56,244 nt of DNA, from NCBI GenBank assembly GCA_964562525.1, contig CAZLTL010000015.1, positions 1 to 56,244 on the forward strand. The letters are read 5' to 3'. The position numbers and the translations under genes are program-made. The stretch comes from an uncultured bacterium (GTDB lineage: Bacteria; Omnitrophota; Omnitrophia; Omnitrophales; Aquincolibacteriaceae). Positions 19,078 through 27,674 of this stretch are shown here, in pieces (position 1 is the first letter of the stretch; each line of letters opens with the position of its first letter). The notes beneath the pieces were generated by a model, which searched no databases, was not told where the DNA came from, and saw only the letters and a program-made list of their open reading frames with translations.

Positions 19078-19212
19078 AGTTTTTTTTGAAACGAACCGTC
19101 TGCGTCGTTAAAGCCTCATTCACTTGTGCGGCGTAGTTTGCACTACACCTCCGCGTTCATTCGTATTTGCCTAGCATCCGATTTCGTTTAAAAAAAATAA
19201 CGAAGTATGAAG

Positions 19213-20406
19213 TTAAGCCGTTGGACGGTTGTTTACCACGCCAATATATATTCCAAAAAAGGTCCAAAACAGAAATGCCGGTTGCATCGAGTAAAAATGG
19301 TTATCAAAGCAGGCTTGAATGGCAAAGGCGATACATCCCACCGATAAGCAAACCTTTAAAAGTGATTCTGAGACCTGCTTTTGCGAGATGAAGACCAAGA
19401 GACGGGTTAGGGGAAATAAAAAGCTTAAAAGCCCTATAAAGCCTATTTCTGCCCACATTTGCAAATAGCTGTTATGCGCGTAGCCTCGGTAAATTTCTTC
19501 CGCAGGAATGAAGTAGGGCAGTTTTTTAAGATAAAGGTTAAGGCCGTTGCCTAAAAACGGGTGAGCTTGAATCATATCCCAGGTATATGACCAGTAGCGC
19601 AGCCGCTCTCCGACGCTAATATCTTTAAGAGTTAATGAGCCGAAAAAATTCTGATAGAAAGGCTGAATCAAGAATAGCGCTCCGGCTAAAGTTCCGAGCA
19701 TGACGAACAGCCATTTCCATTGCCGATAAATGATTAAGCTCAAAAGCACCGAAAAAATCAAACTCAGAAATGCGGCCCGCGAAAAGGTCAAAATCAGACA
19801 GGCGCAGAAAAGCAAGATGGCCGGAGCAATGGCGGCGCGCCATTTTTTCAGGTTTGCAAAAAATGCGCACGCGACGGGAATCGCAAATAAGTAAAAAGCC
19901 GCCAATGTATTCGGCGCACCAAGAGAGCTTTTCATGCGGGTGATCCGTCCCGGATCAAGAGAAACATGCCGCAAAAAATCGATTCCGGTTGCGAGTTGAT
20001 AGAGCCCATTTGCGGAAACAAGAACCATCGAACATAAAAAAAAAAATAAACCGCGGTAAATCCGGGGCTTGTTCGCAAACCATTCTGCACAGACGCAGAA
20101 AAAACCAAAATACTGAAACCATTTTAAGAACCCCCTCACCCCCAATTTCCAGCCGGAGAGGTCGGAGTAGATAAGGGAAGAAATGCAAAAAATAAAAAAA
20201 ATCAGATATGAAATAAGAATCGAACGGGGAAGTAAGAACTCTTCTTTTTTAATCACTTTCAAGAGAAGCCAAAGCACGATGGCGCTCATGCTTCCGATCT
20301 CAACCAAAGCTTTTGAGATCGGCATAAAAAAAATCGTTAAACCAATAAAAGCTTCAAGCAAAAAAAGATGCCAAGCTTTGATTTTTTCAGAATAATCTTT
20401 AGTCAT
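19213..20406 (-). CDS. O-antigen ligase / polymerase family (Wzy_C domain) integral membrane protein
   Basis: About 10 hydrophobic helices and the family motif GYAHNSYLQMWAEIGFIGL. Confidence 0.8.
   Translation of the reverse strand: MTKDYSEKIKAWHLFLLEAFIGLTIFFMPISKALVEIGSMSAIVLWLLLKVIKKEEFLLPRSILISYLIFFIFCISSLIYSDLSGWKLGVRGFLKWFQYFGFFCVCAEWFANKPRIYRGLFFFLCSMVLVSANGLYQLATGIDFLRHVSLDPGRITRMKSSLGAPNTLAAFYLFAIPVACAFFANLKKWRAAIAPAILLFCACLILTFSRAAFLSLIFSVLLSLIIYRQWKWLFVMLGTLAGALFLIQPFYQNFFGSLTLKDISVGERLRYWSYTWDMIQAHPFLGNGLNLYLKKLPYFIPAEEIYRGYAHNSYLQMWAEIGFIGLLSFLFPLTRLLVFISQKQVSESLLKVCLSVGCIAFAIQACFDNHFYSMQPAFLFWTFFGIYIGVVNNRPTA
20036..20046. repeat. Homopolymer A(11), i.e. T(11) in the coding sense, inside the O-antigen-ligase-like CDS
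   Basis: Counted directly. It encodes the LFFFL stretch in RGLFFFLCSMV. Confidence 0.9.
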
Positions 20407-20760
20407 GGTTTTTGGAAAAAGGGGTTAAAGGATAGAAAGTTGAGTCAAAAAATACCATAAACTTTGTTGGAGAAGAAAAATGTTTTGCATCTTTAAAAAA
20501 GTGAATGTGCTGTTCATTGCTGAGTTTGAGCAAAGGCTTCCGTCAGATTGTCGTGATCCGATGAGTTTACAAGTAGCCATTTAAAACTTGCCAAATGGAC
20601 ACGAATGTAAAATTGTACTTTGGAACGGTTAGAAGTGGTGAAAATGTTTGAAATAGTTGAGAATAAATAAACTCAATCAATTATTAAACGATTTAACATG
20701 GGAAGTGTTTCTGGCAAAATACAAATCTAAATTTTTGCTCGTTCTGTTTTAACTGAAAGA

Positions 20761-22794
20761 ATGAGCGTGTTGTTCAGTTTCTTAAATAGGGAATTAATGA
20801 AAGACATAATTCATAATCCTCGGCTTTTCAAGTGGTCTCCGTCAAGCAATGCATGCGCATATATGATTTCGTGGAACGATCCCCATGGAAATCAGCGGCT
20901 CATCGTTGTTCCTCCCGACATTACGAAATTTTCCGTTACAGAAGATTTGTCGAGCGCGTATATGCGACTTAGTGTTCTTACTGATGTTGTTAAGGAGAAA
21001 ATATTTCACGGAGAACTTCTTGCTGAGAGAAAAATTGCTTTTGAGTGTATGACGATACAGCCTTCAATTGAAACTGCAAGTATTAACGACTACGAAATTC
21101 AAAGCATTGAAAGATTTCCTATTATTGGCTTTGAAGCATCTCCATACAGTGAAATTAAAGTTTTAAACTCTAGCTTTGAATTAAAGTGGGAGATTCCACG
21201 GCATAGCTTTGCGTCAGAAATTCATTTGACTGGAGAAAGTGGAAATAAGTTAAAGGTTCTTGTAAGGGGAGATCGAGTTTCAATTGACACGGCGACCCTG
21301 AAGCCTGGCAAGTATGCGGTTTATGCAAGATCTCTGTTTCGTCAAGGGTGGGGCAAATTTGTGCCTGGACCTAAGCTTGTTGTAACCAACTCAAAAGAGC
21401 AGTATGTGTGGGTTAAGGATTCAGGCTTTCAATCTCAATCCGCGGAGAATTTTTTAATCAGTGCTGCGGGGCGATCTTTTGCGGAAAACAAAAGTATTCT
21501 TTTGCGTGAAATGGCTGAGAATAAATCTGTGCTTAGCGCGTTTCCTTCAAGTATTTGTATTATGCTCGGATATAACTGCAACATCGATTGTGTGATGTGT
21601 GATGAAGGCCGTGTGAAACGGAGCTCGAAAACTCCTCGTTCGCTCATTGATGAAGTGACAAAGTATGCTCTTCCTTTTTTAACGGATCTGGAGCTTGTGG
21701 GAGGGGAGCCTCTTTTATATTCCGAGGCAGAGCAAATTGCTGATCAGGCAGAAAAATATCCTCAGTGCAAAATTTCTCTTTACACCAATGCGACCGCTTT
21801 GATTGGTAAGTGGCAAGATCGTATCGCAAACGGAAATTACAACCTCCGGATTTCGATGGATGGAGCGACCGCAGAAACCTATGAGAAAATCAGAAGAAAA
21901 GCAAAGTTTGCTCAAGTAACGGATAATATTTCCAAGACAATTAATTTGTCTCATCGTTTGGGCAATAAGAATATTTTCACCGAAATTAATTTTGTTATCA
22001 TGAAAGAAAATATCTCGGAAATTGTACCGATGGTGCAGTTAGCGTCTGATTTAGGATGTAGCGCAGTTTGGTTTAAGCTTTTAGAAAACCCTGGAAACGA
22101 GCCCTCGCTTGCCATGATCGATCCGACTCTGAGCAAAGAGGACTGCCGAAAGATTGTTGAAAATATTCGCCATGCTCTTGGCTTGGGTAAGACCTTAGGT
22201 GTTCAGGTGTATAGCCGAGCTCTTCCCAGAATTCTTAATCATTACCCATCTTTGGCTGTGAGTTCCGAGGAAGCCTATATGGTTCCTGTATCGAATGCTG
22301 ATTTCACGCGCTCACATGCAGCGAACAGTCAGGTTCGAAGTGATTTTGCATATCGGGATACAATGCCGATTGAGGATGCTTTGAGCCATATTCGTCGACT
22401 AAGAGGAAGCGTTGATAAATCACCCCGACCTTCAAAAGAACTAGATGGATTTCTTGCCAAGGAAAGAATCGAGAATCCATTGAAACAGTTAATCACCGCT
22501 CAATTTTGCGACTTTCCTTTTACGACTCTTTACTTAGATACATATCGGTCTTATGTTTGTTGCGATGCTAATGCTGAATATTTATATGGCAATCCGTATC
22601 ATCAAGTGGCACCTCGTTTGTGGGATGTGTGGAATAGTGCGCTGATGCAGAAAGCGAGAAATAAGATGTATACCAATCGCTTTGGCGAAGTGTGCGGAAC
22701 GCGTTGTAAATACTTTGCTGGGGGCGGGACTTGCAAGAATTTAAAAAAAATAGCGCTATGTGAATCGAGTGATGGTGGAGATGAGAGTGAATGA
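20761..22794 (+). CDS. Radical SAM / SPASM(twitch)-like protein with a ~260-aa beta-rich N-terminal extension
   Basis: CNIDCVMC (CxxxCxxC, about 21577-21600), LVGGEPLL, SLYTNAT and RISMDGAT. The Cys-rich tail reads FCDFPF..SYVCCDANAEY..EVCGTRCKYFAGGGTC. The N-terminus has two segments that each open with (F/L)KW. The start could instead be the ATG at 20797. Confidence 0.8.
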   Translation: MSVLFSFLNRELMKDIIHNPRLFKWSPSSNACAYMISWNDPHGNQRLIVVPPDITKFSVTEDLSSAYMRLSVLTDVVKEKIFHGELLAERKIAFECMTIQPSIETASINDYEIQSIERFPIIGFEASPYSEIKVLNSSFELKWEIPRHSFASEIHLTGESGNKLKVLVRGDRVSIDTATLKPGKYAVYARSLFRQGWGKFVPGPKLVVTNSKEQYVWVKDSGFQSQSAENFLISAAGRSFAENKSILLREMAENKSVLSAFPSSICIMLGYNCNIDCVMCDEGRVKRSSKTPRSLIDEVTKYALPFLTDLELVGGEPLLYSEAEQIADQAEKYPQCKISLYTNATALIGKWQDRIANGNYNLRISMDGATAETYEKIRRKAKFAQVTDNISKTINLSHRLGNKNIFTEINFVIMKENISEIVPMVQLASDLGCSAVWFKLLENPGNEPSLAMIDPTLSKEDCRKIVENIRHALGLGKTLGVQVYSRALPRILNHYPSLAVSSEEAYMVPVSNADFTRSHAANSQVRSDFAYRDTMPIEDALSHIRRLRGSVDKSPRPSKELDGFLAKERIENPLKQLITAQFCDFPFTTLYLDTYRSYVCCDANAEYLYGNPYHQVAPRLWDVWNSALMQKARNKMYTNRFGEVCGTRCKYFAGGGTCKNLKKIALCESSDGGDESE

Positions 22795-22810
22795 GATTGA
22801 TGCCTGAGTT

Positions 22811-25800
22811 ATGACAAAAATTCTTTGTATCGGAGGCTCGCCATCTTCTGGAACCACCCTTTTCGCTGACCTCATAGATTCTGTTCCGGGAATTATTTGT
22901 GGTCCCGAGCTGAATATTTTCTGCATTCGGGAGGCCTACCATTTTGATGCTGATTTTAAAAAGGCAGCTTGTGATAGAAAGTTTTTCCGGGTGAATGCTG
23001 GTTATTCTCCGCGATCACGCTTTTTCAATTCGCGTTATTTTGAGCAGACAGGAATGAGTGAAGAAACGCTTCACTCAATGATTGCTCAGTCCGTAACTTT
23101 CGGAGAGTTTATTGATTCATATAGTCGGCATTTTGCGGCTTTTCGGAAGCGTAAGTGCGACGTATTTGCCGAGAAGACACCGATTAATATCAGTTGTGCC
23201 GCTGAATTTTGCACACATTTTCCAGAGGGTCTTTTTGTCCATATTGTCCGCGACCGGAGTGGAGTCGTAAATTCGCTTATGCGAAGAGGTTTCTCTCTTT
23301 ACGAGGCGGGGAAAACTTGGCTTGAACAAACTGAGCGCGGTAAAAAAGCAGCGTTGATCTACCCCAATGTAATGGAAATTTACTACGAAGACCTCATTAG
23401 CCGGCCTTTTCAAATTGCTGCTGAAATTGCATCTCGCCTGAAAATTCAGACAGATGCCGAGGAGATTAAAAAAGAATTCGAAAGGAATGAGTATCGCCGA
23501 GCACTTCCGCGACCCCAGAGTTGGCGATTCAATCAGTTTTTGAAGAAAGATCCAAATAATCTCGAAAGCAGTTTAGCTGTCTCTGATGCGCAGTTTCTGA
23601 GCACACTTGTTCGAGTTGATTTTTCATCGGGAAAACCAATTCCCGATGGATCCATGGCGGAGTTAAGTTTATCCTGCGGCTTTGCTACGGAGAAGGGACG
23701 GAAAATTGACATTGAAACATTTAAAGGATATTTGCGCTCAAAGGCCGCTGTATTAAAGAATAGAAATATTTATGAGAAACATTTTTTCACATTAGTTTCT
23801 GCCCGTTTTTTTAAATTACCTTTGTTTGTTCTTTTAGCTTCCAGAATGTTCTGGTGGCAATGGTTTAAAGAAAAAAAAGGCTATTTTTTTTTAGAGTTTC
23901 TTTTTCCGAGAATTATTTCTTACCGTTTTCAGAAAGCATTGATCGAAAGTATCGCGCAAGAAAATAAAGGTGTTGGGAGAGAAAAAGTTGCCGCCAATTC
24001 CGTTGTGGTTGCTATTGTTGTTGACGAAAACCAGACCAACAGCAAAAAAATAAAAAGTTTTTTTGATTCACTTGGTATGCCCCAGGTTGTCTTTTACACT
24101 TCTCAAGAAGCGCTTCCGCCCTCAGTGAAGGTGGTTATCGCATGGTCAGCGCCTGAAAAGGCGGCCACCCTTAAAAAACGATACGCGGAAAACGGGCAAG
24201 GGAAGAAAGTTTTTTTAGCCAGTCAATTTGAGCATGATTGTAAGAATTCAAAAATTTCGGCCGTATCGTTGGGCGTGCGGGATGGAGGCGCGTCTTTTTC
24301 CCTTAGCACTCGTATCGAGCATCGAGTTGTCCCTTCACTTCAGCAGGCTGGGGACAAAGCGACGCAGGTTTTTAGACTTAGCGCTAAGTATGCCGTTCGG
24401 TTTTTGAGAAAGTCATCACTTGTGAACGCTTACGACAGGGTTATGGGGCTCGCTTTGTCTGTATTGTTTTTTGACCGAGACAGTGTTTTATCGGCTGAGT
24501 TATTACAAGCTTGTGGAGTTTCTGTGGTTTTTAGAAAACAAGAAATGCAAGATGCTTTTGTTGCTTTGATAGAACAGCAGAAGCTATCGTTCTCCGATCA
24601 TGAAAATACTGTTTTATGGGCAGTGAAGAGTATTTTTGATTCCCAGAAGTATAGTTCAAAAATTGATTGTTCAAGGAGCGATAATGCTACAGCCTCGGAG
24701 TTATGCAGGCGCGGAATTATAGCTTTTTCTCAAAATGATCAAGCTTGTATGAGAAATGTATGGCAGGAGCTTCTCGCGGGTTGCTATGACCCGGCCGCCT
24801 CTTATATTTTAACTGCGCCAGCAGCGCGGGCTTTTTATTACCGTCCTGATTTGTGTTTTTTTGCTGATTTAGCGACACAGACAGAATTGCACACAGGAAA
24901 ATTTCCTGTTTTTGAATTGCAACAGAAGGCGTTGCAATGGTTGGTGAGAGAAGCTTCCGGAGACACTGGGGAAATACAAGCCGCACATTTTTGGGATGAA
25001 GAAAAACATCTTTATTCCACCTCATTGGTGGAGAATCTAATTGCTTTGTTGACACCTCCTGAAGTGCGGGACGGATGTCAATATGATTTGAGCGCGCGTA
25101 ACTTTGCGGCTGATTTTTTGATTCTTCGAAAAATCTGGGGTCAGTTTTTAACGCATTGTTTGCACACTCAGGGGCTACCGGCTATTCAGCTTTTTATGTG
25201 GCCCGGCGACAAGCAGTTTGCATTGAGTTTGAGGTACGATGCGGATCGTCCTCTTAGTGACAAACATATTCATACAGTAGAAAAGCTAGAGAAAAACTCA
25301 GCTCTTGCGCCTTGCTCCAGCGGATATTTTTTTATTGATGATAAAGACTTCGTTATGCGAAGTGAGTGGAAAAAAAGAGGCTGGGAAGAAGGGGTTCATT
25401 CGCGAGGGGGTGAAGCGTCAACGCAGATTAATGGACGGGGTATTACGCATCACAACGCACCTAATTCTGTGTATTGGCGCGGGCCGAAAAAAGATATTCC
25501 GCTCAATCCTTTTTATTCAGAGTTTTTATCGGCTCAATTAGGAACCCCTTTTTTATGGGGAAATGCAACGGAGGATCTTTGGGTCGTGCCGCTGCATTTC
25601 CCGATGGAAGCCGGAACTCAACTTAAAAACGAATACAGTGATTTTTTTCAGAAAGAATACAGACCCAGCTTAAATGACTTGGTTCGATTGGGAGGCCATC
25701 TGATTTTATCTTCTCACCCGGACTTATCGCAGACTCATACGGAAAAAATTCTCAGGGAACTACCGCTTAAAAAAGGCTGGGCTGTTCCTGTTTTTGATGT

Positions 25801-25984
25801 TGTTAGTCGCTGCAGGTTGCTTTTTGGCTTTGGCAAAATTCAATGCTCTGAGACAGAAGGGCGGCCGGGATTATTTAGTAGGTTCCCAATTCCAGATCTG
25901 CAGGCTACAATAACGTACCCTCGTCAGGCTCCTGAGATTGTTATTCTTCAGTTAAAGCCGGAGCAGGTATGCGCAATTCAATAA
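22811..25984 (+). CDS. 1057-aa multidomain protein: N-terminal sulfotransferase-like domain, a hydrophobic segment, an unknown middle region, and a C-terminal CE4-like domain
   Basis: CIGGSPSSGTTLF (5'-PSB-like loop), EKTPINI and FVHIVRDRSGVVNS (3'-PB-like). A hydrophobic stretch FFKLPLFVLLASRMFWWQWF is present. The C-terminus has WPGDKQFALSLRYDADR .. GGHLILSSHPD. Confidence 0.7.
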   Translation: MTKILCIGGSPSSGTTLFADLIDSVPGIICGPELNIFCIREAYHFDADFKKAACDRKFFRVNAGYSPRSRFFNSRYFEQTGMSEETLHSMIAQSVTFGEFIDSYSRHFAAFRKRKCDVFAEKTPINISCAAEFCTHFPEGLFVHIVRDRSGVVNSLMRRGFSLYEAGKTWLEQTERGKKAALIYPNVMEIYYEDLISRPFQIAAEIASRLKIQTDAEEIKKEFERNEYRRALPRPQSWRFNQFLKKDPNNLESSLAVSDAQFLSTLVRVDFSSGKPIPDGSMAELSLSCGFATEKGRKIDIETFKGYLRSKAAVLKNRNIYEKHFFTLVSARFFKLPLFVLLASRMFWWQWFKEKKGYFFLEFLFPRIISYRFQKALIESIAQENKGVGREKVAANSVVVAIVVDENQTNSKKIKSFFDSLGMPQVVFYTSQEALPPSVKVVIAWSAPEKAATLKKRYAENGQGKKVFLASQFEHDCKNSKISAVSLGVRDGGASFSLSTRIEHRVVPSLQQAGDKATQVFRLSAKYAVRFLRKSSLVNAYDRVMGLALSVLFFDRDSVLSAELLQACGVSVVFRKQEMQDAFVALIEQQKLSFSDHENTVLWAVKSIFDSQKYSSKIDCSRSDNATASELCRRGIIAFSQNDQACMRNVWQELLAGCYDPAASYILTAPAARAFYYRPDLCFFADLATQTELHTGKFPVFELQQKALQWLVREASGDTGEIQAAHFWDEEKHLYSTSLVENLIALLTPPEVRDGCQYDLSARNFAADFLILRKIWGQFLTHCLHTQGLPAIQLFMWPGDKQFALSLRYDADRPLSDKHIHTVEKLEKNSALAPCSSGYFFIDDKDFVMRSEWKKRGWEEGVHSRGGEASTQINGRGITHHNAPNSVYWRGPKKDIPLNPFYSEFLSAQLGTPFLWGNATEDLWVVPLHFPMEAGTQLKNEYSDFFQKEYRPSLNDLVRLGGHLILSSHPDLSQTHTEKILRELPLKKGWAVPVFDVVSRCRLLFGFGKIQCSETEGRPGLFSRFPIPDLQATITYPRQAPEIVILQLKPEQVCAIQ

Positions 25985-26009
25985 TCTCTCTTACCAAAGT
26001 CAGAAGTGA

Positions 26010-27644
26010 ATGAAAGAAATAAAAGTAGTTCTTGTTGGTTTCGGTTATTGGGGTAGAAATGCCGCTAAAGCATTGCATTCATTGGGGTGTTTAGCCGGAA
26101 TTGCCGAATTAAACCCGGAAAATCTAGCTGAAGCGCGCAAAGCCTATCCTGATTTGGATTGCCGTAGTCAGTTTGAAGATTTTTTGACAGACTTAAAAGT
26201 TACTGCTTTTTACCTTGCAACACCGGCACCGACCCATGCTGAATTAGCCTGCCGTGCCATGGAAAGCGGTAAAGATGTTTTGGTCGAAAAGCCGATGTGT
26301 CTTAATTCCGCGGAAGCTGAAAAAATAACGGCTTTATCCCGTGCAACAGGCCGTATTCTAATGACAGGGCATTTACTGCTTTACCATCCCGCTGTGCTCA
26401 AATTGAAAGCCATGATTGATCAAGGGGAATTGGGGAAAATTCTCTATATCTATTCCAACCGTCTTAATTTCGGGAAAATCCGTACAGAAGAAAACAGCAT
26501 GTGGAGTTTTGCGCCTCATGATATTTCAGTTATGAATTTTCTTCTGGGGGAAACGCCTAATGAAGTGAGTGCTTTTGGCTCCGATCATCTTACACAGGGC
26601 GTGCAAGATACAACCATGACTTATCTGGAGTACCGCTCAGTCAAAGGGCATATTTTTGTCAGCTGGCTTCACCCGTATAAAGAGCAAAGGCTTGTTGTTG
26701 TTGGCGAGAAAAAAATGGTTATTTTTTCGGATACGGAGAAAGACAAGCTCGTTGCTTATGACCACGAAGTTTCATGGGAAGACAGGCAGCCTGTCGTTAG
26801 AAAAGGGGATGCGAAAAGCATTTTGTTTGAAGCTGCCGAGCCGCTTAAAAATCAATGTGCGGCCTTTGTTGCGGCAATTCGATCCCGTCAAAATCCGTTG
26901 GCGGATGGAGAAAATGGTTTGCAGGTTGTGCGGGTTCTTGAAGCGAGCGACCGATCCATCAAGGATGGTGGAAAAAAAATCACGCTCCGAAAATCTGCAG
27001 ATAAAGCTTATTTTTGCCATGAAACAGCCTGTGTGGATGCGGGGGCTGAAATCGGTGAGGGTACCAAGATTTGGCATTTTTCGCATGTTTTACCCGGCGC
27101 GCGTATCGGAAGGAACTGCACGGTCGGACAAAATGTGAATATTGATTCAAAAGCGGTGATCGGAAATTCCGTTAAAATCCAAAACAATGTTTCTATTTAT
27201 TCCGGTGTCGTAATTGAAGACGAAGTTTTTCTTGGGCCATCCTGCGTTTTGACCAATGTAAAGAATCCGCGTTCCGAAATTAATCGGCATTCTCTATACG
27301 AAAAAACTGTTATCGGTCGAGGCGCGACGGTTGGCGCGAACGCAACGATTGTATGCGGCACGCGTATCGGCCGTTTTGCTTTTATTGCCGCCGGGGCAGT
27401 CGTAACACGTGATTTTCCCGACTATGCTTTGGTTATGGGGAATCCAGCTAAGCAAAAAGGCTGGATGAGCCGGCACGGGCATCCGCTTGTGGCGCCGGAT
27501 ACTGAGGGTGTGATGAAATGTCCTGAAAGCGGTATGCGATATCGGCTTGCAGACGGGCAGATGCGCTGTCTCGACCTGCCTGAAGATCAAAATCTGCCTG
27601 ATTCACAAAAAAAAGGTCTGAAAAGTTATTCGGAATTCAAATGA
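26010..27644 (+). CDS. Fusion of a Gfo/Idh/MocA sugar-nucleotide 3-dehydrogenase (WbpB-like) with a hexapeptide-repeat N-acetyltransferase (WbpD/WlbB-like)
   Basis: N-terminal half: VVLVGFGYWGRNA Rossmann motif and VEKPMCL. C-terminal half: IGEGTKIWHFSHV, VKIQNNVSIYSGVVIEDEVFLGPSCVLTNVKNPRS and GNPAKQKGWMSRHG. Confidence 0.85.
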   Translation: MKEIKVVLVGFGYWGRNAAKALHSLGCLAGIAELNPENLAEARKAYPDLDCRSQFEDFLTDLKVTAFYLATPAPTHAELACRAMESGKDVLVEKPMCLNSAEAEKITALSRATGRILMTGHLLLYHPAVLKLKAMIDQGELGKILYIYSNRLNFGKIRTEENSMWSFAPHDISVMNFLLGETPNEVSAFGSDHLTQGVQDTTMTYLEYRSVKGHIFVSWLHPYKEQRLVVVGEKKMVIFSDTEKDKLVAYDHEVSWEDRQPVVRKGDAKSILFEAAEPLKNQCAAFVAAIRSRQNPLADGENGLQVVRVLEASDRSIKDGGKKITLRKSADKAYFCHETACVDAGAEIGEGTKIWHFSHVLPGARIGRNCTVGQNVNIDSKAVIGNSVKIQNNVSIYSGVVIEDEVFLGPSCVLTNVKNPRSEINRHSLYEKTVIGRGATVGANATIVCGTRIGRFAFIAAGAVVTRDFPDYALVMGNPAKQKGWMSRHGHPLVAPDTEGVMKCPESGMRYRLADGQMRCLDLPEDQNLPDSQKKGLKSYSEFK

Positions 27645-27674
27645 CCGCATTTAATTTGACCGCTAGCTAAGGTT

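Noticed and set aside
20407-20760. Looked for a JUMPstart/ops antitermination element (GGCGGTAG) and a clear sigma70 promoter in the 354-bp region ahead of the glycan operon.
   Set aside because: The closest string is AACGGTTAG, which is not a match. I found only weak -35/-10 candidates, so no call was made.
22811-25984. Considered that the radical SAM/SPASM enzyme is an anaerobic sulfatase-maturating enzyme acting on a sulfatase domain in the neighbouring megaprotein.
   Set aside because: I found no (C/S)-x-P-x-R formylglycine motif by eye in the 1057-aa protein, and its N-terminal domain has sulfotransferase rather than sulfatase motifs. This was only an eye scan and should be rechecked computationally.
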